NCBI RefSeq assembly: GCF_000012345.1
Contig: NC_007205.1
Location: 60,001 to 92,000 of the forward strand
Source: Candidatus Pelagibacter ubique HTCC1062
GTDB taxonomy: Bacteria; Pseudomonadota; Alphaproteobacteria; Pelagibacterales; Pelagibacteraceae
Length of the DNA stretch: 32,000 nucleotides
Reading direction: 5' to 3'
The translations under genes were made by a program, and so were the position numbers. Under the pieces are notes generated by a model, which did no database searches, was not told the DNA's origin, and saw only the letters and a list, made by a program, of their open reading frames with translations. The first letter of the stretch is position 1; each line of letters opens with the position of its first letter. This document shows positions 1 through 8,743 of this stretch, piece after piece.

Positions 1-68
1 ACACTAAGATGCTTAAGAAATTATAAGATTTTTATCTTTTAAAAGATGGTGTTTAAAAAAAGCAAAAA

Positions 69-2219
69 CTATCCAATTGATATTAAAGTAAGATCATCAC
101 TTAATTTTCCAGATTTAGAGCTGTCAATTATTTTTTTACTAATATCTGATAAGTGTTTCTTCGAATCTTTTGTGTAGTTATCTTCAATTATTTCAATTGA
201 ACCTTCAATACCTATTTCTTGTCCTTCAGCATTTAAACTTTCAGACAATCCATCTGTAAAAACATAAAATTTGTTTCCATTTAAAACTTGTTTATTAATT
301 TTATAAATTGATTTATTTTTTTGGTGAATAACCCCCATCGGCGGCGCTTCACTATCAAAATTTTGGTATTTACCATTTTTGTCTCTAATGATAGCTGGTT
401 GATGTCCCGCATTTACCCATGAAACTTCTTTGGTAATTAAATCATATTTTCCAAGAACACATGTCACAAACATGCCTGATGTTTTGGTGAGAAATAAATC
501 GTTATTCATATGAAGCATCATTTCATCTGGATCTACCTGATCTCTTGACATGACTTCAAATAAAGTAGAGGCTTTTGCCATCACCATTCCAGCATGAACT
601 CCCTTACCTGCTACATCTGCAATTATAAAATTAATACTATCATTATGGGGATAAAAACTAAAAAAATCACCTGAAACTTCTCTCGAAGCAATATTAATTC
701 CTTGCACAGGATAATTTTGTAAATCTCTTTTTGGTAAAAAATTTTCTTGAACTTTTACAGCCAAATTTATTTCTTTGGAAATTCTACTTCGCCACTTTTC
801 TTTTTCATTTTCGCTAACCTCAAGCTTGTTCATCAATTTATTATAATAAAGTCCTATTACCCCTCCTGCAGTGAAAGGATCTTGTGGGCCTCTAACAGAG
901 AGATCTCCACTTTCAGACTGTTTTTCAAGGATTGAAATTAAATCATGTTCTACTGAAACTGCATTATGTTCAGCAATATTTAATCCTAATTCCTCTTGTA
1001 AAGGAGTTACTCTTAATGGATAAAAATAATTTAAAATTTTTAAAATAATATAAGATCCAAAAAATGCGAAAGCACCAATTGCTAATATTCCTATAACCTG
1101 GACTTCAATTTGCTCTAACCTTGTAAGTCCTGTTCCTAATTTTTCTAAATCACTGAACAAACCAACTGAAATAGTTCCCCATACACCTGCTCCTAAATGA
1201 ACTGGCACTGCACCTACGACATCATCTATCTCATATTTGTTTAACAGTTCATTTATAAAAATTGCTACGATTGCACCAATAATACCAACAAAAATTGCCG
1301 TAACTGATGTCATTGAATTACAACCAGCTGTTATAGCAACCAATCCTGCAAGAGGACCTAATATTACATAAAATGGATCTGGTTTTTTAAATAATAAAAA
1401 TGAAATACCTAGTCCAGTTAACAACCCAAAAGCAGCAGAAAGAAATGTATTTATCAATATTAATGGCACTGTTTCATCCATTGCTCCATTACTTCCGCCA
1501 TTAAAACCAAACCAACCAAACCATAAAATTAAGGTTCCTAAAACGGCTAACGGAAAACTAGAGCCAGTAAATTTACCTTTATTAGACTCAGAATATTTAC
1601 CAATTCTTGGCCCTAAAATTAATACAGCAGCAAGTGCAATCCATCCTCCAACAGAATGAACAATAGTGCTACCAGCAAAATCAACAAAACCAAGTTCTGT
1701 TAACCATCCAGTATTTTTAATTTCTCCCGTAACAGCCGATAACTGCATTACAGTATCATTCATATTATTTAGATAACTGGATGACCAAGCCCAATGACCA
1801 ACAATTGGATAAATTATGCCAGTTGCAATTATCGTTATTATTAAATATCCATTAAATTTCATTCTTTCAGCCACAGCTCCAGAAACTATTGTTGCAGCAG
1901 TTGCAACAAACATGGCTTGGAACACAAAATATGTCATGTAATCAGCTTTTTCGGTTTTAAAGAAAAAAAGATCTGTTCCAAAAAAACCATTATAACTTGT
2001 CCCAAACATTAAGCCGAAACCAAAAATCCAAAAAACTACAACTGATAAACCAAAATCAGCAGCATTCTTAAGAGCAACGTTAATACTATTTTTGTGTCGT
2101 GAAAGACCAGTTTCCATACACATGAAACCAGCTTGCATGATGAAAACTAATATCGCACAATCAATAACCCAAAGAGTATCAACAAACGATTTTACAGATT
2201 CCAAACTAATACTTTCCAT
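69..2219 (-). CDS. Ammonium transporter (Amt/MEP) domain fused to a C-terminal PP2C/SpoIIE-type serine phosphatase domain
   Basis: The N-terminal ~400 aa is multi-TM with Amt signatures: AGFMCMETGLSRHKNSINVALKN, VDFAGSTIVHSVGGWIALAAVLILGPRIG and the second pore His in VPVHLGAGVWG. A coiled-coil-like linker follows (NKLEVSENEKEKWRSRISKEINLAVKVQENFLP). PP2C/SpoIIE motifs then follow: SGDFFSFY, IADVAGKGVHAG, FTDGLSES and DDLTLISIG. Confidence 0.85.
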   Translation of the reverse strand: MESISLESVKSFVDTLWVIDCAILVFIMQAGFMCMETGLSRHKNSINVALKNAADFGLSVVVFWIFGFGLMFGTSYNGFFGTDLFFFKTEKADYMTYFVFQAMFVATAATIVSGAVAERMKFNGYLIITIIATGIIYPIVGHWAWSSSYLNNMNDTVMQLSAVTGEIKNTGWLTELGFVDFAGSTIVHSVGGWIALAAVLILGPRIGKYSESNKGKFTGSSFPLAVLGTLILWFGWFGFNGGSNGAMDETVPLILINTFLSAAFGLLTGLGISFLLFKKPDPFYVILGPLAGLVAITAGCNSMTSVTAIFVGIIGAIVAIFINELLNKYEIDDVVGAVPVHLGAGVWGTISVGLFSDLEKLGTGLTRLEQIEVQVIGILAIGAFAFFGSYIILKILNYFYPLRVTPLQEELGLNIAEHNAVSVEHDLISILEKQSESGDLSVRGPQDPFTAGGVIGLYYNKLMNKLEVSENEKEKWRSRISKEINLAVKVQENFLPKRDLQNYPVQGINIASREVSGDFFSFYPHNDSINFIIADVAGKGVHAGMVMAKASTLFEVMSRDQVDPDEMMLHMNNDLFLTKTSGMFVTCVLGKYDLITKEVSWVNAGHQPAIIRDKNGKYQNFDSEAPPMGVIHQKNKSIYKINKQVLNGNKFYVFTDGLSESLNAEGQEIGIEGSIEIIEDNYTKDSKKHLSDISKKIIDSSKSGKLSDDLTLISIG

Positions 2220-2322
2220 TTTCTATCAATTTATAAATATCATCTTTAAATTTATTTTAAAATTTATCAATTGTTAAAGATGCGATTAATTAGCTAAAAT
2301 TAATAATAACTCTTAAAATTTC

Positions 2323-4560
2323 TTATTTACCAATTGCAATAATTGTTAAATCATCATCAAGAATATCATTATCTTTTTTAACGCCATCTTCCACAATTTC
2401 TTTTTTTAAACTTTTTAAACGAATTTCTTCTGTCGCACTTGTTAATTCTTTTTGTAATGAAGAGTTTGTGTGTTTTAGGATTAATTCTTTTACACCATCA
2501 ATTCCTATTTCTTGTTTATTTTCATCCATACATTCTGAAAATCCATCAGTAAAACAGTAAATTCGTCCACCATTTAATTTAAAGCTTTCTAATTGATAAA
2601 CACTTTCATCTTTATGCTTAATGACTGCCAAAGGCATTGAGCTTGAAGGATATTCTTTAAAATCTTTACCCACTTTTAATAAAGTTGGCTGATGTCCAGC
2701 ATTTGCAATTTCAACTAAATCTGTTTTCAAATTATATCTTCCAACAATTGAAGTAATAAAGGTACCAACAGGATTAGTTTCTTTCAAATCATTATTCATC
2801 TCTAATAAAATTTCGTTAGGCTTAAATTTTTGCTTAGCGAAGATCTTAAATAAAGTAATAGCTTTTGCCATAACCATTCCTGCATTCACCCCTTTTCCTG
2901 AAACATCAGATAGGGTGAAATACACCTCATCATCATGAAGGTAAAAATCATAAAAATCTCCCGAGATTTCTCTTGCAGGAATATTTAATCCAAATATTGG
3001 ATAGTTTTCTATATCTCTTTTTGGCATTAATCGTTGCTGAACATTCATTGCAAGTTTAATTTCTTTAGAAACTCTATTCTTCCATTTGTTTTTTTGCTTT
3101 TCACTTTGTTCCAATTTGTTCATTATGACATTATATTGCGTGCCAATAATTCCACTTTCAGTAAAAGGATCTTGTGGTGCGCGGCTTGAATAATTGTCTG
3201 ATTTTGCTTGATTAGTTAATACCTCAAGTAATTCGTGCGTGTCCGTTGATGCATTGTGTTCTGAAATATTTAAACCAAGTTCTTCATGAATTTTACTTAC
3301 TCTTAGAGGGAAAAATGAATTAATAGTTTTTAATATTAAATAAGAACCAATGAAACAAAAAGCACCAATTGAACTTATGCCAATTAGTTGAATATATATT
3401 TGTTCTAATCTTGTTTTTTCAACACCCATCAATTCAAAATTTGCAAACAAAGCAACTGCAATAGTTCCCCAAATTCCACATGCTAAGTGAACTGGTATTG
3501 CACTAACCACATCATCAATTTTAATTTTTTCAAGTAATACAATTGTTGAGCCTGAAATAATTCCACCAATACTTCCTATTATAATTGCATGAGTGGGATC
3601 AACATAAGCACAAGAAGCAGTTATTGAAACTAGTCCAGCAAGGGGACCCGTGATCATAAATAATGGCTCTGGTTTTTTTAAAACAATGATACCCATAACA
3701 CTTGAGAAAATAAGTCCAAAGGATGCTGATAAAAAAGTATTAATTAAAATTAATGGAATTTTTAAATCCATTGCACCATTAGCACCTCCATTAAATCCAA
3801 ACCAACCAAACCACAAAATTAAAGCACCTAAAGCTGCCATTGGTGTATTACTTCCTTGAAAAGATTTTTTTTTATCATCTTCTCTAAATCTTCCAGTACG
3901 GTTACCAACTACCAGTAATACTGATAAAGCAATCCATCCTCCTACAGAGTGTACAACGGATGCACCTGCAAAATCTAAATATCCTAATTGACCTAACCAA
4001 CCAAATTTTTCAGCAGGATTTTCAAAATTAAATGCCCAAGACCAGTGACCTACAATTGGATAAAAGAGGCCAGAAACTAATAATGTAATAATTATATATG
4101 AGAAAAACTTTAATCTTTCTGCAACTGCACCTGAGATAATAGTTGCAGCTGTTGCAACAAACATTGCTTGGAAGACAAAATATGTTTGATAGCCTGCAAC
4201 CTTAGTGGTGAAGAAAAAAAATTTGGTACCAAACAGTCCTGATACACTGGTTCCATACATTAATGCGAAACCAAACGCCCAAAAAACTACAACAGATATT
4301 CCAAAGTCTGAAACATTTTTAAGGGCAACGTTAATACTGTTCTTGTTCCGAGACAAACCAGTCTCTAAACACATAAAGCCTGCCTGCATTAAAAAAACAA
4401 GGATTGCACAAATTAAAAGCCAAAAGGTATCTAAATTTGCTTGTAAGATTGCATCTAAGCGAAATTCTAATGCATTTAAAGCTCCCTTATTAGTAAGCTC
4501 TAATTGATTTATGTTGGACTGCAGCTTATTGAGCAATATCTGAGTATCAGCTGCAGTCAT
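2323..4560 (-). CDS. Ammonium transporter domain fused to PP2C/SpoIIE phosphatase (paralog of the 69-2219 gene)
   Basis: Same architecture, colinear over the full length: AGFMCLETGLSRNKNSINVALKN, LDFAGASVVHSVGGWIALSVLLVVGNRTG, IPVHLACGIWG, then SGDFYDFY, LSDVSGKGVNAG, FTDGFSEC and DDLTIIAIG. It has an extra ~45-aa N-terminal extension. Confidence 0.85.
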   Translation of the reverse strand: MTAADTQILLNKLQSNINQLELTNKGALNALEFRLDAILQANLDTFWLLICAILVFLMQAGFMCLETGLSRNKNSINVALKNVSDFGISVVVFWAFGFALMYGTSVSGLFGTKFFFFTTKVAGYQTYFVFQAMFVATAATIISGAVAERLKFFSYIIITLLVSGLFYPIVGHWSWAFNFENPAEKFGWLGQLGYLDFAGASVVHSVGGWIALSVLLVVGNRTGRFREDDKKKSFQGSNTPMAALGALILWFGWFGFNGGANGAMDLKIPLILINTFLSASFGLIFSSVMGIIVLKKPEPLFMITGPLAGLVSITASCAYVDPTHAIIIGSIGGIISGSTIVLLEKIKIDDVVSAIPVHLACGIWGTIAVALFANFELMGVEKTRLEQIYIQLIGISSIGAFCFIGSYLILKTINSFFPLRVSKIHEELGLNISEHNASTDTHELLEVLTNQAKSDNYSSRAPQDPFTESGIIGTQYNVIMNKLEQSEKQKNKWKNRVSKEIKLAMNVQQRLMPKRDIENYPIFGLNIPAREISGDFYDFYLHDDEVYFTLSDVSGKGVNAGMVMAKAITLFKIFAKQKFKPNEILLEMNNDLKETNPVGTFITSIVGRYNLKTDLVEIANAGHQPTLLKVGKDFKEYPSSSMPLAVIKHKDESVYQLESFKLNGGRIYCFTDGFSECMDENKQEIGIDGVKELILKHTNSSLQKELTSATEEIRLKSLKKEIVEDGVKKDNDILDDDLTIIAIGK

Positions 4561-4573
4561 AATTTTATTTTAA

Positions 4574-4903
4574 TTAATCTACTAATTTTCTAGCTTCACC
4601 AGCATCAGTAATAATCTTATCAACACTTACTACTTTAATAACTTCAAAGCCTGTTCCAAGTATTGCTTTTTTATAATCTTCATTAGATAAATCAGATTTA
4701 TCAGGGTAAGATGATACCGCAACACCTTCTGGCCATGAGACTTTAACAGTAGCAGATGGGCTAGCTGCTTGAAGTGCTTTAGTTACCATTTTTTGGCATT
4801 TAATACACATCATTCCATTTACTTGGGCAATTTGAGTTTGAGCTGCAAATAAATTGGTTGAAAATAAAACAAAACCTAAAAATAGTATATATTTTTTGAA
4901 CAT
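4574..4903 (-). CDS. Secreted heavy-metal-associated (HMA; MerP/CopZ-like) domain protein
   Basis: N-terminal signal peptide (MFKKYILFLGFVLFSTNLFAAQ) followed by the GMxCxxC-type motif NGMMCIKCQKMVTKAL. The size fits a single ferredoxin-like HMA fold. It sits 13 nt upstream of the Amt::PP2C gene on the same strand. Confidence 0.55.
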   Translation of the reverse strand: MFKKYILFLGFVLFSTNLFAAQTQIAQVNGMMCIKCQKMVTKALQAASPSATVKVSWPEGVAVSSYPDKSDLSNEDYKKAILGTGFEVIKVVSVDKIITDAGEARKLVD

Positions 4904-5035
4904 AGTTTTTCCTATTGTTAATTATAAGTCAAAGCTATCACGCATCAATTCATTTTAAAATTCGTCAATCGCCCAAAATGAGCCTTTTTGATTAAGATGA
5001 ACTCAAATATCTATATTTCTTGAATAATTTATATA

Positions 5036-5326
5036 TTATCTATGAATACTCATTGGATCAAAATAACAATCCATATGATCTATAGTTTCAAAAAAAATTT
5101 CATTTAACTCACTAGAATGAACCGTTGGACAAATTTTTTCTACATTTAATTCATTAATATAATCTTTTTTAAATTTTTTCATTGTTGAGGAGCCAGCATA
5201 AGATGCTGAAGCTTGTAAAATACTTCCAGAGTTAACTAGAGTTAAGCTTGGCCCAAGTGCTGCAGAATATGGACCGCAATTATTTAATAACGGTATAAGC
5301 AAGAATATTAAAATAATTTTTTTCAC
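5036..5326 (-). CDS. Hypothetical small lipoprotein
   Basis: Signal peptide with a lipobox-like LLNNC (MKKIILIFLLIPLLNNCG). No recognisable domain. Confidence 0.4.
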   Translation of the reverse strand: MKKIILIFLLIPLLNNCGPYSAALGPSLTLVNSGSILQASASYAGSSTMKKFKKDYINELNVEKICPTVHSSELNEIFFETIDHMDCYFDPMSIHR

Positions 5327-5398
5327 ATCATCAATTTATGCAAGAATATTTAATTTGAAACTGTAAAACTATCCATTATGGGTGGTTAGCTAATTTTT

Positions 5399-5836
5399 TT
5401 AGCAATCATCGCCTCTAGTAAAATTGCCGTTACGACTAAGGATTAATTGGCAAGCTCCATCGATTTCTTTAGCAATTATATTAAAATTTGAAGAACCTAT
5501 GCTTGCAACACAAATTTCATAACCCATATCTTTACCAATTTGATCTCCTCCACCAAACAAAATTGTTTCAATATCATTTGATGTTGATGAGGTAGGTGTG
5601 CAGCTATCATTATCCTGCGTGTAATAATTTCCACTATTTGAATATTCTTCTGTTTGAGCTAGTGATATTTGTAGCATCACATTTTTTGTAGATTTTTCTT
5701 TAGTGCCTGAAATATAACCGCTGTAAGTAATAACTCCTACAGAAGCTAAAATACCAATTATTGCTACCACAACTAAAAGCTCAACCAGGGAAAACCCTAG
5801 TGAGCTTTTAATTTTTATTTTTTTTGTTTCTTGCAA
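5399..5836 (-). CDS. Type IV pilin-like protein (second pilin; possibly minor or PilE-like)
   Basis: Class III signal with prepilin cleavage/methylation motif: SSLG|FSLVELLVVVAIIGILASVG, with Phe+1 and Glu+5. It has an unusually long basic leader (MQETKKIKIKSSLG) and two Cys pairs in the C-terminal half. It starts 9 nt after the upstream pilin stop. Confidence 0.8.
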   Translation of the reverse strand: MQETKKIKIKSSLGFSLVELLVVVAIIGILASVGVITYSGYISGTKEKSTKNVMLQISLAQTEEYSNSGNYYTQDNDSCTPTSSTSNDIETILFGGGDQIGKDMGYEICVASIGSSNFNIIAKEIDGACQLILSRNGNFTRGDDC

Positions 5837-5845
5837 TCGAGATGA

Positions 5846-6331
5846 TTATTCTATTGCAACAGCATTAGTTAGTACGTCAACAGTTGCGTCGTCACCATAC
5901 TGTGTTGAAACGGTAATAGTTCCAGCATCATCCCCTGTTATTGTTGTAACACCTTTTCCTGATGCTAGACATGTTGTACTACCATCTGAAGCCGTTGGCA
6001 CAGTACTACCGTCTGTTACTCCTTTACAAACTGGCGTGTATGTGTTTTTAAAATCTGCTAGTGCAGCAACAGCACCACTCATGATTAAAGCTTCTGTTCT
6101 GCCTGAACATGTTAAATTTCCACTCATTGCAGTAGACTCAGTACCCATGTTACATTTTTGAATTTCAGCAGCTAAATATTTTGTTACTGCCCCTTGGTTT
6201 GATTTAGAAGCATTAATTTTTGCACTCTTAGTGTAACCATTGTAAGCAACAACACCTACCGCAGCTAAAATACCTATAATTGCTACAACAACTAGCAATT
6301 CAATAAGTGTAAAACCTTTATTATTTTTCAT
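5846..6331 (-). CDS. pilA: Type IVa major pilin candidate
   Basis: Short leader plus MKNNKG|FTLIELLVVVAIIGILAAVG (Phe+1, Glu+5). The globular part is Ser/Thr/Gly-rich with two Cys pairs (CNMG..LTC and CKGV..TTC). It is the first gene after a 158-nt divergent intergenic region. Confidence 0.8.
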   Translation of the reverse strand: MKNNKGFTLIELLVVVAIIGILAAVGVVAYNGYTKSAKINASKSNQGAVTKYLAAEIQKCNMGTESTAMSGNLTCSGRTEALIMSGAVAALADFKNTYTPVCKGVTDGSTVPTASDGSTTCLASGKGVTTITGDDAGTITVSTQYGDDATVDVLTNAVAIE

Positions 6332-6489
6332 AATTTCCTCTGTTATTAGTTATTATTATTAAATTTATTATAATTATTGATGATGTAAACTAAAAATCTT
6401 ATTATATTAAATAATAATCAAAGATAATTGACCATATTGGGTTTACTTGTTTCTTATTTTTGTTAATAGCTATAAATAGTAAATAAAAT

Positions 6490-6774
6490 ATGAAATATAA
6501 AGTTACAGATAATGAAAATGTAAGCACTGTTTTTCTTACTGGAGAAATAGATATGGATGTTGCAGATGAGGTAAGAGAAATTGTTTTTCCTTTAATTGAT
6601 GCTGGAAAAGAAGTTCATTTAAATTTAAAAGATGTACCCTACATGGACTCTTCTGGTATATCGATAATTATAGAAAGCAATCAAAGAGCTCGAGAGAAAA
6701 ATACTAAAGTTGAACTTAAAGAGGTTAGTCAACCTGTTGAAAAAGTTCTAGCAATGGCAAGAAAGTTTTTATGA
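6490..6774 (+). CDS. STAS-domain anti-sigma-factor antagonist (SpoIIAA/RsbV family)
   Basis: 94 aa with the conserved phosphorylatable-serine context YMDSSGISIIIES (compare DSSGL in SpoIIAA/RsbV). Its 4-nt ATGA overlap with the next STAS gene suggests translational coupling. Confidence 0.8.
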   Translation: MKYKVTDNENVSTVFLTGEIDMDVADEVREIVFPLIDAGKEVHLNLKDVPYMDSSGISIIIESNQRAREKNTKVELKEVSQPVEKVLAMARKFL

Positions 6775-7070
6775 CATACAAAATTACAGAAGAAGACAAT
6801 ATAAGCACCATATTTTTAGATGGTGAAATAGACATGGATAAAACGGATGAAGTTAAGGGAGTTATCTTTCCTGTTATCGACTCTGGTAAAAATGTTGCTT
6901 TAAATCTAAGTAATGTTCAATACATGGATTCTTCTGGTATTTCAGTTTTAATAGAAAGTCATCAAAAAGCCCTTGAGAAGGGAACCAAGCTTGTCATTAA
7001 AGATGTGAGTAAATCTGTTTTAAAAGTAATCATGATGGCAAAGTTAGAACAAATTTTAAATTTGGAGTAA
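6771..7070 (+). CDS. STAS-domain anti-sigma-factor antagonist, second tandem paralog
   Basis: 99 aa with the same YMDSSGISVLIES motif. 54 of 94 aligned positions are identical to the upstream paralog by my hand alignment. Confidence 0.8.
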   Translation: MTYKITEEDNISTIFLDGEIDMDKTDEVKGVIFPVIDSGKNVALNLSNVQYMDSSGISVLIESHQKALEKGTKLVIKDVSKSVLKVIMMAKLEQILNLE

Positions 7071-7077
7071 ATAAATT

Positions 7078-7512
7078 ATGAGTTTAGAAAACTTTAGTCA
7101 TTCAGAAAAAAAAGATTTTTTAGTTAGCTCAGCAAGTTTGAAAGATGTCAGAGCTTTTTCTAGAGATGTTTTTGAAAAATTTAAAATTGATGAAGATTTA
7201 AGAGAAGAGTTAGTTTTAGCGATTGCTGAAGCTGCGCAAAATATAGTTAAACATGCATATAAAGATATGCCTGACACTCAAGATAAAATGGTTGTAAGAA
7301 TATCTTGTAATGATGATGTTCTAGAGATTTCTTTCTTTGATAAAGGCAAACCAGTAGAAAAAAGCAAAGTTAAACATAGAGCGATCGATGATATTAAACC
7401 AGGTGGACTAGGAACATTTTTCATTCAACAAATTATGGATTCAATTAATTTTGAACCAGGAAAAGAACCCTGGATTAATAATTTAGTTTTAACTAAAAAA
7501 TTAAAAAATTAG
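7078..7512 (+). CDS. RsbW/SpoIIAB-like anti-sigma-factor-type serine protein kinase (HATPase_c)
   Basis: 144 aa with an N-box-like EAAQNIVKHAY and a G-box-like KPGGLGTFFIQQIMD. It lies immediately downstream of the two STAS genes, the classic antagonist-kinase order. Confidence 0.75.
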   Translation: MSLENFSHSEKKDFLVSSASLKDVRAFSRDVFEKFKIDEDLREELVLAIAEAAQNIVKHAYKDMPDTQDKMVVRISCNDDVLEISFFDKGKPVEKSKVKHRAIDDIKPGGLGTFFIQQIMDSINFEPGKEPWINNLVLTKKLKN

Positions 7513-8741
7513 TTAATTAAAGCACCCACATTAAATATTGGTGAGTACATGGCTATCATTAAACCACCAATCATTACTCCCATGAAAACAATCATGATAG
7601 GTTCAATTAAAGCAGACATGTTATCGACTGTAGTATCAAATTCTTCTTCATAATAAGCAGATACTGAATTAAACATTTCATCTAATTGACCTGTTTGTTC
7701 TCCAACAGAAATTAATTGACTAAAAGTTGGTGGGAAGAGTGGTTCTTTTAAAAAAAGTTTTGTTAAGGTATCACCAGAGAACACACCTTTTTTTACACTC
7801 TCTAGTGCATCCGTTATCACATCATTATTACTAACTGATTTTGCAATTTCTAAACTCTCTAATAAATTTACACCAGCAGCACTTAAATTACCTAAAATCA
7901 ATGCAATTCTTGCCAGTAGAGATTTTAAGATCATATCTCCAAAAATAGGTAATTTTAAAATTTGTTTATGCCATCTAAAACGAATTGCAGCATTTCTTTT
8001 TACAATAAAATTAAACCCGAAATATCCACCTATTCCACCAAACAGAATTACTTTTCCACCTGTACCACTTAAAAAATCACTCATTGCCATGATGGTTGCT
8101 GTTGCAGCGGGTAATTCTAAGCCCATTCCATCGTACATTTTTGCAAATACTGGAACTACTTTAATCAACATAAAAGCACTTACAGTAATCGCTACCGTAA
8201 ACATGATCGCTGGATACATTAAAGCTCCCTTAATTTTTTTCTTAATCTTTTCTTTTTTCTCTAATGAATCTACTATTTTAAGTAAAAATACATCTAGCTT
8301 ACCACTTGCTTCACCAGCTTTAATCAAGTTGACATAAATATTATCAAAATATTGAGGATATTTTTCAAAACATTTTGATAGGTTCACACCCCCTTCTAAA
8401 CTTTTTCTAATATCTTCTATAATGTCTTTAAGAGCAGGACTTTCTAATTGGTCCCTTAACATTATTAAAACCTGCAAAATAGGTAAGCCCGCCTTAACCA
8501 TGGTTGCAAATTGCTTTGAGAATATAAGAATTTCTTCTACTTTAACTTTTTTTTTACCAAAAAGAGATGAGCCACCTGATTTTTTTTTTGCTTCACCTTT
8601 TTTTTTCTTAGACTTAATTATGTTGGTGATTATTACTTTTTTTTCTTTTAATAAATGAGAAGCTTCATCAAGGTTGATTGCCTCAATATCTCCTTCTACA
8701 TATTTACCTTCGGATATTCCTTTATAAGTAAAAGCTTCCAT
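7509..8741 (-). CDS. pilC: Type IV pilus inner-membrane platform protein (GspF/PilC family)
   Basis: 410 aa with duplicated GspF-type repeats (FSKQFATMVKAGLPILQVL / LARIALILGNLSAAGVNLLESL) and three TM segments. It follows pilB with a 2-nt gap. Confidence 0.9.
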   Translation of the reverse strand: MEAFTYKGISEGKYVEGDIEAINLDEASHLLKEKKVIITNIIKSKKKKGEAKKKSGGSSLFGKKKVKVEEILIFSKQFATMVKAGLPILQVLIMLRDQLESPALKDIIEDIRKSLEGGVNLSKCFEKYPQYFDNIYVNLIKAGEASGKLDVFLLKIVDSLEKKEKIKKKIKGALMYPAIMFTVAITVSAFMLIKVVPVFAKMYDGMGLELPAATATIMAMSDFLSGTGGKVILFGGIGGYFGFNFIVKRNAAIRFRWHKQILKLPIFGDMILKSLLARIALILGNLSAAGVNLLESLEIAKSVSNNDVITDALESVKKGVFSGDTLTKLFLKEPLFPPTFSQLISVGEQTGQLDEMFNSVSAYYEEEFDTTVDNMSALIEPIMIVFMGVMIGGLMIAMYSPIFNVGALIN

Positions 8742-8743
8742 TT

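Noticed and set aside
25-47. Short AT-only hairpins (AAGAT-tttt-ATCTT and the palindrome ATCTTTTAAAAGAT) downstream of the first Amt::PP2C gene, and a 5-bp stem ACTCT/AGAGT at ~17072-17088 downstream of the GAF::PP2C gene, as possible terminators
   Set aside because: The stems are 5-6 bp with little or no G/C and are not followed by a proper U-tract on the relevant strand. They are indistinguishable from chance palindromes in AT-rich DNA.
6332-6489. A possible sigma-54 promoter upstream of pilA (common for pilins in other bacteria)
   Set aside because: The best candidate on the minus strand (TGGTCAATTATCTTTGA) has the wrong GG-to-GC spacing and lacks the GC dinucleotide. No enhancer-binding protein is encoded nearby.
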